Part shown: positions 16,092 to 26,726 of the stretch, piece by piece
Layout: each line of letters opens with the position of its first letter
Numbering within the stretch: position 1 is the first letter of the stretch
Source: an uncultured delta proteobacterium
GTDB lineage: Bacteria > Desulfobacterota > Syntrophobacteria > BM002
DNA: 41,316 bases
Assembly: GCA_963712115.1 (NCBI GenBank)
Contig: CAVQGX010000065.1
Coordinates: 1 to 41,316 of the forward strand
Direction: 5' to 3'
Program-made: the position numbers and the translations under genes
The notes under the pieces: model-generated
Seen by the model: the letters and a program-made list of their open reading frames with translations, nothing else
Databases searched by the model: none
What the model was told of the DNA's origin: nothing

Positions 16092-18299
16092 ATGGTGGGA
16101 TTGATAGAAAATATAAAACGCTTATTTGTAGCTATTGGGGCATTGTTAACCCTGGTCCTCATGCCGGCCGTTCTGCGGGCGGTGGAACCGATCCATCATG
16201 ACCTCGAGATCGTTCTTCAGCCGACAGAGCACCGGTTAACCGCCAAAGACCTTGTAACTGTCCCGGCGGAATACCTGCCGAAATTGCAGTTTTTCTTGCA
16301 CAGAGGACTGCACCCCACCTCACCCACTCCGGGTGTGCAAATCGAACGTGAAATGGGAAGAGCTGGGAGCGAACCGCTGGAATCTTTCATTTTAACTCTC
16401 CCACCGGAGCAGAATACATTCGTCCTCGAATACAGTGGCAGCATAAACCATCCCCTAGAGCCATACGGCAAAGAACAGGCGCGAGGTTTCAGGCAGACAT
16501 GGGGGGTGATTTCCTCTGAAGGGGTCTATCTCGCAGGGAGCTCTCTCTGGTATCCAAGCTTTGGTGAGGGGTTAGTTACTTTTAACTTGCAAGTGAAACT
16601 GCCTCAGGAATGGGATGCAGTGAGCCAGGGCGAAAGAACGCTCCGTGTTCGCCGGGGAGGTACTACCTCAGTGCGCTGGGAATCTCCAGAACCCCAGGAG
16701 GAAATCTTTATCGTTGCCGCACCTTTTCTGGAGTATACCAGACCTGCAGGTAGGGTCGAATCAATGGTCTTTCTCCGCACCCCGGACGAAGAGTTGGCCA
16801 ATAAGTATCTCGAGGCTACGGTCAGCTACCTGGCAATGTACGAAAAACTCATTGGGCCTTATCCATATAAGAAATTTGCCCTGGTGGAAAACTTCTGGGA
16901 GACAGGGTTTGGCATGCCTTCCTTTACCCTCCTCGGACCCAAAATTATTCGCTTTCCCTTCATTCTGCATTCCTCTTACCCTCATGAAATTTTGCATAAC
17001 TGGTGGGGTAACGGTGTCTTTCCGAATTACACCGAGGGCAACTGGGCAGAGGGACTGACTGCCTACCTCTCCGACCATCTCATAAAAGAGATGAGAGGCA
17101 ATGGGGTGGCTTATCGCCAAGAAACCCTGCAGAAGTATCTCGACTATGTCTTGCATGGGAGGGATTTCCCCCTTACCCAGTTCCGCTCCCGTCACAGCTC
17201 TTCCTCTGAGGCAGTAGGCTACGGCAAGTCCCTCATGTTTTTCCACATGCTGCGCCAAGACCTGGGCGATGAAACTTACGCTCTGGCTCTGCAAGACTTC
17301 TTCCAGAAAAACAAATTTAAGCTTGCCTCTTTTGAGGATCTCCGTAGAAGTTTCGAAAAAGTCTCCGGCAAAGACATGAAGATCTATTTTGACCAATGGC
17401 TAACTCGAGCCGGTGGACCTGAGTTAAGGGTAAGTGGTGTCGAGGCTTGGCCTGAAGGGGATGGTTATGTTCTCAGAGGACTTCTCGAGCAGGTTCAGCC
17501 CCAGGATGCTTATCTGTTGACCGTTCCGCTTGCAGTCACCATGGAAGGTCATGAGCCTGCCTATCAGACAGTGGTGACCATGGGGGAGAAACGGCACGAA
17601 CTAAAACTCCATTTGCCTGCAAAGCCGCTAAGAATAGATATAGACCCGGAATTTGACCTCTTTCGCCGGCTCGACCGAGCTGAGACCCCACCAGCCTTGA
17701 CCCAAGCCTTTGGTGCAAGAAAAATGCTTATACTACTGCCCTCCTCTGCCGACAAAGCTGCTCTTCAAGCCTACCGCCAGCTTGCCCAATCCCTGAGCCA
17801 GTCAGGACCCGATGAGGTGGAAATTAAACTTGATGTTGAGCTGAAACTACTTCCCTCCGACCGGGCAGTTACCCTCCTAGGATGGGAAAACAAGTTTCTG
17901 GGTGAAATCAGCTCAGCCCTGTCAAGATATGATCTAAACATGAGCCAGGCTGAAGTTCACCTAGGCCGGACAAAATTGGAGCGGGATAATCACTCCATTG
18001 TACTTACAGCCAGGCAACCAGGGAATAAGGATCTATCCCTGACCTGGATTGCAGTTGATCCACCCGAGGCCTTTCCCGGTCTAGGGCGGAAACTCCCTCA
18101 TTATCACAAGTACAGTTATCTCGGATTTCAAGGAATAGAGCCCACAAATATAGCCAAAGGGAGATGGCCAGTCCTTGATTCTCCTATGACAGCCTTTTTT
18201 GCCCGCGAGGACGGTACCATTTTAAGGGTTGAAAGAGGAAAATTGGCATCCAGGCAGCCCCTGGCAACCCTTCCCCCCTTTTCTCCGAAAAGCGGATGA
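16092..18299 (+). CDS. M1 family aminopeptidase domain (N-terminal part of a probable M1-M28-PDZ fusion)
   Basis: Signal-peptide-like N-terminus; HEILH-x18-E (PHEILHNWWG...WAEGL). The frame appears to shift at CCCCCCTTTT (~18273-18282). Confidence 0.85.
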   Translation: MVGLIENIKRLFVAIGALLTLVLMPAVLRAVEPIHHDLEIVLQPTEHRLTAKDLVTVPAEYLPKLQFFLHRGLHPTSPTPGVQIEREMGRAGSEPLESFILTLPPEQNTFVLEYSGSINHPLEPYGKEQARGFRQTWGVISSEGVYLAGSSLWYPSFGEGLVTFNLQVKLPQEWDAVSQGERTLRVRRGGTTSVRWESPEPQEEIFIVAAPFLEYTRPAGRVESMVFLRTPDEELANKYLEATVSYLAMYEKLIGPYPYKKFALVENFWETGFGMPSFTLLGPKIIRFPFILHSSYPHEILHNWWGNGVFPNYTEGNWAEGLTAYLSDHLIKEMRGNGVAYRQETLQKYLDYVLHGRDFPLTQFRSRHSSSSEAVGYGKSLMFFHMLRQDLGDETYALALQDFFQKNKFKLASFEDLRRSFEKVSGKDMKIYFDQWLTRAGGPELRVSGVEAWPEGDGYVLRGLLEQVQPQDAYLLTVPLAVTMEGHEPAYQTVVTMGEKRHELKLHLPAKPLRIDIDPEFDLFRRLDRAETPPALTQAFGARKMLILLPSSADKAALQAYRQLAQSLSQSGPDEVEIKLDVELKLLPSDRAVTLLGWENKFLGEISSALSRYDLNMSQAEVHLGRTKLERDNHSIVLTARQPGNKDLSLTWIAVDPPEAFPGLGRKLPHYHKYSYLGFQGIEPTNIAKGRWPVLDSPMTAFFAREDGTILRVERGKLASRQPLATLPPFSPKSG

Positions 18300-19024
18300 T
18301 GGAGACTGTTAGCATTCTTGCCAGTGAGAAACTGGCTGGACGGGGCTTTGGCGCCGACGGCCTCGACCAGGCTGCTGAATTTATTGCCGGTAAATTAAGA
18401 GAAGCGGGTTTAGAGCCTGGCGGAGATTCACCAGGAAGCTTTTTCCAAACCTGGGAAGATCGTGGTGGAGTACCCGAGCGTAAGGTGAGGTTGAGAAATG
18501 TAGTGGGGGTTATCCCTGGAAAAAATTCTGAGTTTGAAGGGCAGAGTGTAGTGATCGGAGCCCATTATGACCATCTTGGCTTGGGCTGGCCGGATGCAAG
18601 AGAGGAGAACCAAGGAAAAATCCACTACGGCGCTGATGACAATGCTAGTGGGGTCGCGGTGCTCCTTGAACTTGCAAGGGTGCTTGGCAAAAATCTAAAG
18701 CCCGAGCGCAGTGCGGTATTTGTCGCCTTCACTGGGGAAGAAACGGGGAAAAGAGGATCACGCTATTACCTGGGTAAGCAAAAACAATATCCTGCCGAAA
18801 AGTGCATTGGCATGCTTAACCTGGACACCGTCGGACGGTTAGGCGATGGGAAGCTTCTGGTGCTGGGAGCTGGTTCAGCCAGGGAGTGGGCCCACATTTT
18901 TAGAGGAGCCGGTTTTGTTACCGGCGTCGAAGTGGGAATGGTATCCGAAGAGCTTGATTCAAGCGACCAGATAGAGCTTTCAGGAGGTTGGAATTCCGGC
19001 GGTGCAACTTTTTTCTGGACCTAA
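18296..19024 (+). CDS. M28 family peptidase domain (middle fragment)
   Basis: GAHYDH, GADDNASG, FTGEE and NLD motifs. The frame is open upstream as FSEKRMMET and shifts again at ~18973. Confidence 0.85.
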   Translation: MMETVSILASEKLAGRGFGADGLDQAAEFIAGKLREAGLEPGGDSPGSFFQTWEDRGGVPERKVRLRNVVGVIPGKNSEFEGQSVVIGAHYDHLGLGWPDAREENQGKIHYGADDNASGVAVLLELARVLGKNLKPERSAVFVAFTGEETGKRGSRYYLGKQKQYPAEKCIGMLNLDTVGRLGDGKLLVLGAGSAREWAHIFRGAGFVTGVEVGMVSEELDSSDQIELSGGWNSGGATFFWT

Positions 19025-19457
19025 CTTGGACTACCACCGTCCCACTGACACTGCAGATAAGATAGACGCTGCGGGGCTTTTGAAGGTTGCTTCCGTCTCC
19101 AGAGAGGTCATCGAGTATTTGGCTAACCGTAAAGAGCCCATGACCACCACCCTGAAGCCTGACAAAAAGTCTGAATCGACCAGCCGAAGAGGGAGGAAAG
19201 TTAGTTTTGGCATAATTCCTGACTTCACTTACAGCGGTGACGGCTGCCGGATTTCAGGCCTAGTTCCGGGTACGCCGGCAGAGTCGAGCGGGCTGAGGGA
19301 AGGCGATGTAGTTGTCAGAATGGATTCCCGGGAAGTTCACAACCTCAAGGATCTTTCCAATATCCTCAAGTCATTAAACCCAGGCGACAGGATCCCCATT
19401 ACCTTTTTGCGGGGTGAAAAGAAAATGACCGTGGAGGCTGAGGTAGTGGAGAGGTAA
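18974..19457 (+). CDS. End of the M28 domain plus PDZ domain (C-terminal fragment)
   Basis: SFQEVGIPAVQLF...DYHRPTD completes M28; FGIIPD...GTPAESSGLREGD is PDZ. Same frame as the M1 part. Confidence 0.8.
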
Positions 19458-19673
19458 ATGTCTTACTTTCGCACACCCCAGCCAGCGAAATCTTCCGCTC
19501 TGCTCACCAGCTTTCGAAAAAAACTATCCTCCCCTATCCTCCCATGATCTTGCCGAAAATTCCTTGCCCCCGAAAAAATTTATGTTAAGCTTCCTATTAA
19601 CCACATAGGATAACTGTCCTAAGATCGATCACTCCTTTATCCGACAAATATGTCAGCCGGGAGATAGAACCTC

Positions 19674-21875
19674 ATGTTGCCGCGAAGCCTTAAGAGCAAA
19701 TTGCTTTTTACAGTCTCAGCTCTGGTTATCGGAAGTGGGTTGCTCATCTCGCTGATGGTTACCCAGCGTTACAGCAAGAGCCTATTCGAGGCTTTGACTA
19801 CTCAGGCTAAAAATACAGCTCAGGTGGTTTCACTCGAGGCAGTGGACAAGATCCTTGCCGACAACCAGGTGGCCCTGGAGAAGATGCTGGACCACCATAT
19901 GAGCAGCAACTCCTCTTTGGGCTACCTATTCATCCTAAAAAGCGACAAGATTCTAGCCCACACCTTTACCACCGCAGTTCCTACCCAACTGCTCAAGGCT
20001 AACAGCTCAAATCCTGGGCAACAATTTAACCTTCGACAAATCACCTCTACCAAAGGCGAGCATTATCTTGACATCTCCTGGCCGATTCTTGCTGGCATGG
20101 GTGGGGAATTAAGAGCCGGCTTCTTTGAAAAACCTTATCGGCAGCAAGTGATGAGGTTATGGTTACAGATGAGCGCACTCACCCTTGCCATTCTCTCCCT
20201 CGCCCTCACCCTGTCCCTTCTCTTTGTCAGAAAAATAACCCGTCCCCTAATTGCCTTAGCTGATGCCACCCAGAAAATCGACAAGGGAGAGTGGGACGTG
20301 AGGCTCCAAGTTCAGAGTGATGATGAGGTTGGAAGATTGGCTGGGTCCTTCAATCAGATGGTTGCTCATTTAGAGGACTACACCCGCAGGCTTGAAGAGC
20401 AAACATTAGAACTGGAACGGGCTCACTTCCAGACCCGAACCGTCTGCGGCATAGTTCAAGAAGTTGGTTCTTTGCGTTCCCTTAATGAGATTGGATCATA
20501 TCTGATAAAGACATTTCAGAACATTCTGAAATGCAGCCGTATGGCATTTTTGATTTTTAACGACAACCAGGACATCCTCTTTGCCCTTACGGCCGGCGAG
20601 GTCAAGACTTTCAAAGAACCAAAGCACCTAAGAAACGCAGCTTCTGTCCTGGAGGGGAAGGCAAAAGTCAGCTCCAGCAGAAAGAAACTTCTCTCGCCCC
20701 CACTGGTTCCTGATGATTTTCAGACCGCAGCACGGCAAACCATAATTCCCATTAGACGTGCTATGCAAGCCTTTGGCTGTTTGGTAGTCGGTTGCCCAGA
20801 AGATTGCCGCTGTAATGATAGTGAAATTGAAGTGGTGTCCGTAATGTTGGCCCAGGCTGCTGGGGTCATCAAAAGGGCCGTGCTGCAAGAGGAAGAAATA
20901 CGCGATCTCCAAAGCCGAATGGAAACCTCGGCAGAGTTCGGTGGTATCATCGGCAAAGACTCCAAGATGCAACTGATCTACAAAATGATTGAGGATATTG
21001 CCCCCACTGACGCCACTGTTCTCATCCAGGGAGAGAGCGGCACCGGCAAGGAACTGGTGGCCCGGGCCATACACCTCGAGAGCCCGCGCAAGGATAAGCC
21101 TTTCGTGGTGATTAATTGCTCAGCCTATCCTGCCACCCTTTTGGAGAGCGAACTCTTTGGTCACGAGAAGGGGGCTTTCACCGGTGCCATCCGGCAAAAG
21201 TTTGGACGCTTCGAGCAAGCCCACGGGGGCACCGTATTCTTGGATGAGATTGGAGAGATCCATCCCTCGGCCCAGATAAAACTGCTGCGGGTGATCCAGA
21301 CCCAGAAATTTGAGCGCTTGGGTGGGGAAAAAACTCAAGCGGTGAATCTGCGCATACTGGCGGCCACCAATAAGGACCTTCTCCAGGAGGTGAAAAAAGG
21401 TAATTTCCGGGAGGATCTCTACTATCGTCTCAACGTGATTCCTATCTACTTGCCACCACTCAGAGAGCGGCGAAATGACATCCCTCTTTTGGCCAGCCAC
21501 TTTCTCCAACGCTTTGCCACGGAACAGGGCAAGGAAATTCAGGGCTTCAGACCTGAAGCCATGCGCAGGCTCTTGGATCATCATTGGCCGGGCAATGTTC
21601 GCGAATTGGAGAACACCGTTGAACACGCCACAGTTCTCACTAAGGGTGGACGGATCGAGGCAGCAGATATGCCCGCCGCCATCCGGGCAGATTTATCCGG
21701 TGCCCAAATCGCCAACCTACCGACAATGGTGGATCACGAGAAAAAACTTCTAGAGGACACCCTAGAGGAATGTGGCTGGAATAAGAAACAGGCGGCCAAA
21801 CGGTTGGGGATCAGTCGCAGCACCCTCTACGACAAATTGAAGAAATACCAGATCACCAGGCCTACAGCACATTAA
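19674..21875 (+). CDS. Membrane-anchored sigma54 enhancer-binding protein (TM-sensor-TM-HAMP-GAF-like-AAA+-Fis HTH)
   Basis: Two TM segments, HAMP (ITRPL...[14 protein letters not shown]), [38 protein letters not shown] and LGISRSTLY. Confidence 0.93.
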   Translation: MLPRSLKSKLLFTVSALVIGSGLLISLMVTQRYSKSLFEALTTQAKNTAQVVSLEAVDKILADNQVALEKMLDHHMSSNSSLGYLFILKSDKILAHTFTTAVPTQLLKANSSNPGQQFNLRQITSTKGEHYLDISWPILAGMGGELRAGFFEKPYRQQVMRLWLQMSALTLAILSLALTLSLLFVRKITRPLIALADATQKIDKGEWDVRLQVQSDDEVGRLAGSFNQMVAHLEDYTRRLEEQTLELERAHFQTRTVCGIVQEVGSLRSLNEIGSYLIKTFQNILKCSRMAFLIFNDNQDILFALTAGEVKTFKEPKHLRNAASVLEGKAKVSSSRKKLLSPPLVPDDFQTAARQTIIPIRRAMQAFGCLVVGCPEDCRCNDSEIEVVSVMLAQAAGVIKRAVLQEEEIRDLQSRMETSAEFGGIIGKDSKMQLIYKMIEDIAPTDATVLIQGESGTGKELVARAIHLESPRKDKPFVVINCSAYPATLLESELFGHEKGAFTGAIRQKFGRFEQAHGGTVFLDEIGEIHPSAQIKLLRVIQTQKFERLGGEKTQAVNLRILAATNKDLLQEVKKGNFREDLYYRLNVIPIYLPPLRERRNDIPLLASHFLQRFATEQGKEIQGFRPEAMRRLLDHHWPGNVRELENTVEHATVLTKGGRIEAADMPAAIRADLSGAQIANLPTMVDHEKKLLEDTLEECGWNKKQAAKRLGISRSTLYDKLKKYQITRPTAH

Positions 21876-21887
21876 ATCAAAGACAAG

Positions 21888-21904
21888 TGTCCGGATTTGG
21901 GACA
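21888..21904. promoter_or_regulatory. Candidate enhancer (UAS) palindrome
   Basis: TGTCC-N7-GGACA, directly after the activator gene and about 250 bp upstream of the -24/-12 site. Confidence 0.55.
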
Positions 21905-22059
21905 TGGGTAAGAGATTATTTTCCTTGAATAAAATCGAATTTATCCAAAACTCTGTCCTCTATTCACCCAGAGAACCACTACAAATGGCCCCCCTTATTT
22001 ACCCGAACAACGGTCTACTCAGCTTCCATGGGCGACTTGGGTCCAGAAAGTTTCATCAA

Positions 22060-22086
22060 CAATTTTATTATTATTTCAATCACTTA
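22060..22086 (+). promoter_or_regulatory. Candidate IHF site
   Basis: AT tract followed by TTTCAATCACTTA (one mismatch to WATCAANNNNTTR), between the UAS and the promoter. Confidence 0.45.
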
Positions 22087-22147
22087 AAAAGCAGACATTT
22101 GAGTGGTCTGCAAATCGCTTTGACCGCCAAGCTGCCAAAGCCTGAGC

Positions 22148-22163
22148 TTGGCATAGGACTTGC
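22148..22163 (+). promoter_or_regulatory. sigma54 (-24/-12) promoter of the cytochrome operon
   Basis: TTGGCATAGGACTTGC with GG-N10-GC, about 80 bp before the ATG at 22246. Confidence 0.8.
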
Positions 22164-22245
22164 CATTATAGAAGCAAGAGTCCCTGGACGCTCGAATGGG
22201 ATAAACCCTCCCAAATTGATTGATTGTAAGTCGGGAGCATCTGAC

Positions 22246-22617
22246 ATGGAGGAGCCAATTGTGGTGGTGAATGCCAATGAAGCAGCGTGCCTGGAACTGT
22301 GCACTGGCCTGGAAAAAGAGCATTTTCGTACCACTGCATTGCATTCCCTCATGGCGCTGGAGGGAGAAGTTCAGGAGTCCGTCTGCCGGGTGGTGATTCT
22401 GGACCTGGACAACTTGCCTGTAGACAACCGCTTTTTCCGGGAATTGAAGAGAAAAAACCCCAGGGTACACATCGTCGGCCTGTCAAGCCGTCCCTTCCAT
22501 CCAGAACTAGAAGAGGCCATGAGTAGCCACATCTCTTCCTGTTTAACTAAACCGTTGGATATGGAGGAACTTCTCTACTGGCTAAGAAGCGTTTGCCAGG
22601 AGGAAACGAACATCTAG
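22246..22617 (+). CDS. Stand-alone, atypical response-regulator receiver domain
   Basis: VVILDLD (phospho-acceptor position), IVGLS and LTKP; the acidic pair is replaced by VVNAN. GGGAG RBS; the track's longer N-terminus overlaps the promoter. Confidence 0.8.
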   Translation: MEEPIVVVNANEAACLELCTGLEKEHFRTTALHSLMALEGEVQESVCRVVILDLDNLPVDNRFFRELKRKNPRVHIVGLSSRPFHPELEEAMSSHISSCLTKPLDMEELLYWLRSVCQEETNI

Positions 22618-22654
22618 GATCTATGCACCTAACACAAAGAACAGAGGTTGAGAT

Positions 22655-23734
22655 TTGAGTTCACTTAGAATCATCCGGACAAGCGCTACATTGCTCATGG
22701 TGGTATTCGTTTTCCTGTCGATAAGCTTTGATGTTGAAGCAGCTGACAAAGACAATTGTCTCATGTGCCATAAATATCGCTTCCTTGGGAGAGTCGATGA
22801 AACCGGCAAAACTGTCAACTACAATGTGGACCAAGTAATTTTTACCAATACGGTTCACAAGAATGTCTCATGCCGTGAGTGCCACACCTATATCAAGAAA
22901 GTTCCCCATGATCCTGTGACCGAACAAGTCAACTGTGGAAATCAATGTCACATTACAACTCCTTTTTCCAAGGAGAAATTTTCCCATGGAAGGATAATAG
23001 AAACATATAATGGGAGCGCTCATGCACCTAGACCTGAAGATTCTGCCGAGCTAAAGGAAGCGAAACCCGAATGCAAATTCTGCCATCTCAACCCCATATA
23101 CACCAAAGTTGAGGTAGAAAAGATTGATTTCGAAGCGTCTCTGCGCAGATGCTTGAACTGCCATGAAGAAAAAGGGGTCACCCAGGCCTACCAACACATG
23201 ACCCACCGCTTGGGAAGAAAAACCTCCCGATCACCACAAGAGATTGTTGAGTTGTGCGCCAAATGTCATCAGGATGTTGAGATGATGAAAAAATTCAAGG
23301 TTTCGGAGAGGGGCTTAACCGCGGTTGAAACTTATAAACAATCAATCCATGGCAAGATAGTTACCCTGGGGGGTGACGATGCGGCAGACTGCATAAGTTG
23401 CCATGCCTCAAACAAGCTCCATGACATCTACAAAAAGGATGACAGGCGGGCCACGGTGGGGGAAAAGAACCTCAGAAGAACCTGTGCCCAATGCCACGCA
23501 GAAACCAATAATTGGTTTGTCCAGGTTGCCGTCCATCCAACCACAGAACGGGAGGAAAATCCCATAGTCTTTTTTATGAATCTATCTCTCAGATTTGCCT
23601 TGTATGGCACTGTTTTTAGTTTGGTGGGCCTCATGCTTCTTGAAATATACGGCAGAAAGAAAGAAGGTATCAGATTTTTATTAAGAAACGGTACCTCCTG
23701 GCGAGGCAAGCCAAAACAAAAAGAAAAGAAATGA
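22655..23734 (+). CDS. Octaheme c-type cytochrome with signal peptide and C-terminal TM helix
   Basis: 7 CxxCH (CLMCH, CRECH, CKFCH, CLNCH, CAKCH, CISCH, CAQCH) plus 1 CxxxCH (CGNQCH). Confidence 0.92.
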   Translation: MSSLRIIRTSATLLMVVFVFLSISFDVEAADKDNCLMCHKYRFLGRVDETGKTVNYNVDQVIFTNTVHKNVSCRECHTYIKKVPHDPVTEQVNCGNQCHITTPFSKEKFSHGRIIETYNGSAHAPRPEDSAELKEAKPECKFCHLNPIYTKVEVEKIDFEASLRRCLNCHEEKGVTQAYQHMTHRLGRKTSRSPQEIVELCAKCHQDVEMMKKFKVSERGLTAVETYKQSIHGKIVTLGGDDAADCISCHASNKLHDIYKKDDRRATVGEKNLRRTCAQCHAETNNWFVQVAVHPTTEREENPIVFFMNLSLRFALYGTVFSLVGLMLLEIYGRKKEGIRFLLRNGTSWRGKPKQKEKK

Positions 23735-23749
23735 TTTATGGAGGGTTAG

Positions 23750-24760
23750 ATGCCCGTATCTACCGAGACCGCAGCAGCAGATGTTGAACAAACTGCAGCC
23801 AAAGATGATTATTTCACCTATGTTGATGGAGTTGGACACATCCCAAGAGACATCTATAAACATGTAAAATCTGATCCGGCTGGTGACCTGCCCCGTTACT
23901 CCGTTCATATCGTTATCCAGCACTTTCTCGTCTCTACTACCTTTCTTGTCCTGGCGGCAACAGGGCTTCCCTTGCATTTTAGCGATGTCTTCTGGGCGCC
24001 TTACTTAATAGGGCTTTTCGGGGGAGTTGACACCGCAAGGTTCGTTCACCGCATTGCGGCATACATAATGATGGCAACCGCTGCATATCACTTGGTCGCA
24101 GTCGCAGGCGGAACCATCAGGAAAATTCTCAAAAACGAATTCGATTACAAAAGAACCCAGATCCCCAGGCCCAAAGATCTCTTTGACATGCTCCACGACA
24201 TCAAGTTCTTCCTAGGCCTTGAGTCCTTTCGGCCCAAGATGGAAAAATTCACCTACAAACAAAAGTTACATTATTTGGCAATAATCTGGGGCACCACCGT
24301 TTTGGCAGTAGCAGGGACAGCCTTGTTATTTCCTGACATAGTTTCAAAAACAATCCCCGAGGCGATCTTCAAAATATCCCCCCGGGCAGCGGCAGAGGGT
24401 GGATTTCCTTCTTTATTTCAAGACATTGCCAGGCTGATGCACGCCGATGAGGCAGTGATGGCCCTAATTGTCTTGGCCTTCTGGCACTTAGCGAATGTCC
24501 ACATCGTCCCAGGAAGATTTCCCTTCCAATGGACTTTCTTAACGGGGAGGATTACCAGGGAACATCAGATCGAAGAGCACTTTTTGGAGTACATAAATAA
24601 CCTCAATGAGATACCTGAAGAAAGAGAGTATATGAGAAGCCTTCTAAAGGAAAAGGGGTTCGACAGGTCAGGTGGAATGGAAGCTTCCCCTGCGGAACAA
24701 TCTTTAGAATCAGAAAATGTTACTGCAGAAGAATCAGCACCCGAGCGAGAGGAGAACTAA
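23750..24760 (+). CDS. Di-heme cytochrome b membrane subunit (FdnI/HyaC-like)
   Basis: About 4 TM helices with His in IQHF, VHR, MHADEA and FWH; KFTYKQK..Y and EEH motifs. Confidence 0.88.
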   Translation: MPVSTETAAADVEQTAAKDDYFTYVDGVGHIPRDIYKHVKSDPAGDLPRYSVHIVIQHFLVSTTFLVLAATGLPLHFSDVFWAPYLIGLFGGVDTARFVHRIAAYIMMATAAYHLVAVAGGTIRKILKNEFDYKRTQIPRPKDLFDMLHDIKFFLGLESFRPKMEKFTYKQKLHYLAIIWGTTVLAVAGTALLFPDIVSKTIPEAIFKISPRAAAEGGFPSLFQDIARLMHADEAVMALIVLAFWHLANVHIVPGRFPFQWTFLTGRITREHQIEEHFLEYINNLNEIPEEREYMRSLLKEKGFDRSGGMEASPAEQSLESENVTAEESAPEREEN

Positions 24761-24763
24761 GCC

Positions 24764-25618
24764 TTGGTTGGAGAGCCAAAAAGACAGAATCACCCATTTA
24801 TAGCCTATGTAATCGGCTTTGTCGTTGTGATGATTACCCTCATCGTGCTTGCAGGTACTTTGTACCATCTCACTTTGTCTCATCATGGTCCCGAGCTTCT
24901 CAAGCCACTAGTGGCAATGTTCTCTGAGAAAGAAACGTCGCTGATCATGGATGAGGCCAGGCACCAGCAAGAGCTGGAGTTACACAGACATTTCCACCAT
25001 ACGGTTGAATACCCCACTCTGCCTGAAAATGAGCGTCCGGTGTGTTTTATCTGCCATTCTGATTATCCTCACAGCAAGAATAAAAAGATCAGATCTATCT
25101 TAAATATGCATACACAATATTTCGTTTGTGAATCATGTCATATCAAGGAGAAAGAAGGAACAGGTATATTTTACAAGTGGTATAGTCCTTTTGACGAAAA
25201 TCCTAAAGGGCCATTTATGGGAACAAGTTACGATCCCCAAACAGGAAACCTTGTAGAAGTGGAAGATAAGTTCTCAAAAATTACTGCATATTTTAGAAAG
25301 GGTGTTAGACTAGAATTGGCCATTCAGCATCAGGACGCACCGTTAGCCCTGGATTTCGTGAAGGTAAGGGATAAACTTACTCCAGAACAAAGAGAGGGAG
25401 TAAAAAATAAATTTCATTTGGACATAAAGCCCAAAGGCCATGAGTGTAAGACCTGCCATTCTAAGCAAAGTATTCTCAATTTTAAAAGATTGGGCTTTTC
25501 TGAAGATAGGATTGCTGATTTAGAGCAGTTAAATATTACAGGCATGTTAGCAAAATACGAAGCATTCTACCTTCCAGACTTGTTTAAAGAACCAAATCAA
25601 ATTAACATTAAAAAATAG
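24764..25618 (+). CDS. Membrane-anchored triheme c-type cytochrome
   Basis: N-terminal TM; CFICH, CESCH and CKTCH; His-rich HRHFHH. Confidence 0.88.
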   Translation: MVGEPKRQNHPFIAYVIGFVVVMITLIVLAGTLYHLTLSHHGPELLKPLVAMFSEKETSLIMDEARHQQELELHRHFHHTVEYPTLPENERPVCFICHSDYPHSKNKKIRSILNMHTQYFVCESCHIKEKEGTGIFYKWYSPFDENPKGPFMGTSYDPQTGNLVEVEDKFSKITAYFRKGVRLELAIQHQDAPLALDFVKVRDKLTPEQREGVKNKFHLDIKPKGHECKTCHSKQSILNFKRLGFSEDRIADLEQLNITGMLAKYEAFYLPDLFKEPNQINIKK

Positions 25619-25668
25619 ATGAATCGGATAAAAGGTGATTTCTTTTCGCAAACGTCGAAGACCTTCTT

Positions 25669-26598
25669 ATGACTGCGCTAAAATTAGCCTCTATTAATCT
25701 CATTCTGATTTTTTTCCTATCGTTCTTTCCCAGCAAATCTCACTCCTTAGAGTGCATCAACAGTAAGTCTCTCCCGGACATCTCCACCGAGGCAGATCAG
25801 CCCAGCGACGTTTCCCTTGGTCCCAACGGCTATGTCTATCTGGTGGATGGGGTGAACAGCAGGGTAATAGTTCTCGACAGCAAAGGCAGAGTGAAATTTA
25901 CCTTTGGCCAGGAAGGAACAGGACAAGGGGAATTCAAACATCCTCTGGGGATTGGAATCTCCAATGACGGCATGGTCTTCATAGCTGATTCAGGCAATCA
26001 CCGGGTACAGGTATTTGACTCGAATGGCAATTTTTTGCGCCTTTTTAGTGTGAAAGGTGGCCCCCAGGAAAAGCCGTCAGATCCAGTGGATGTCCTGGTG
26101 TCTGATTTCAAAGGTTATGTCTATGTGTCTGATAATGATAACCATAAAATAAAGGTGTACGATACCAGGGGTAACTTTCAATTTGAGTGGGGTAGATTCG
26201 GAGAGGGACCTGGTGACTTTCGTTACCCTGGAATCCTGGCGAAAAACGAACAAAATGAGATCTTTGTAGTAGACGTGCTCAACACCAGAGTACAAAAGTT
26301 TGATCCCTTCGGAAACCATATCGCTGATATAGGCTCGTGGGGTGTGCTGCCGGGCAACCTTTTTAGACCCAAAGGAGTAGCCATCGATCGACAGAACAGG
26401 GTATTTGTCAGTGATAGTTATATGGGTCTGATCCAGGTATTTACCGATTTTGGCCGTTTTCTCGGGGTAGTCTGCGAGAATAGAACGAAAAAACATTTTA
26501 TTACGCCTGTGGGACTTTTTATGGATGGTAAGAATGATATACTTCTTACGGTTGAGATGCGAAAAAACAAGATAAGTGCAATTGAGATATTGGAATAG
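25669..26598 (+). CDS. Secreted NHL-repeat six-bladed beta-propeller
   Basis: Signal peptide; repeats of F-x-x-P-x-G-I ... V-x-D-x-x-N-H-R-V-Q-V-F. Confidence 0.9.
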   Translation: MTALKLASINLILIFFLSFFPSKSHSLECINSKSLPDISTEADQPSDVSLGPNGYVYLVDGVNSRVIVLDSKGRVKFTFGQEGTGQGEFKHPLGIGISNDGMVFIADSGNHRVQVFDSNGNFLRLFSVKGGPQEKPSDPVDVLVSDFKGYVYVSDNDNHKIKVYDTRGNFQFEWGRFGEGPGDFRYPGILAKNEQNEIFVVDVLNTRVQKFDPFGNHIADIGSWGVLPGNLFRPKGVAIDRQNRVFVSDSYMGLIQVFTDFGRFLGVVCENRTKKHFITPVGLFMDGKNDILLTVEMRKNKISAIEILE

Positions 26599-26726
26599 CG
26601 ATTTTAGCTTACCATCAATAAATTGAGAATGCTCAATATTTTTTTAAACCGACAAATCAAATAGTTACAACACCATGTTTTGGATAGTTACTCCCAAGAA
26701 ATTCTCGGTAAAAGGCTGCTTGTGCC

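Noticed and set aside
18270-18285. Programmed -1 frameshift at CCCCCCTTTT
   Set aside because: It is not an in-frame X XXY YYZ heptamer, a second compensating indel exists downstream, and other genes show similar indels.
21904-22245. N-terminal 114 aa extension of the receiver ORF
   Set aside because: It spans the IHF and -24/-12 region; a good SD precedes the ATG at 22246.
26655-26667. Perfect IHF consensus AATCAAATAGTTA upstream of the 18-heme gene
   Set aside because: No accompanying -24/-12 motif was found, and it may be chance in AT-rich DNA.
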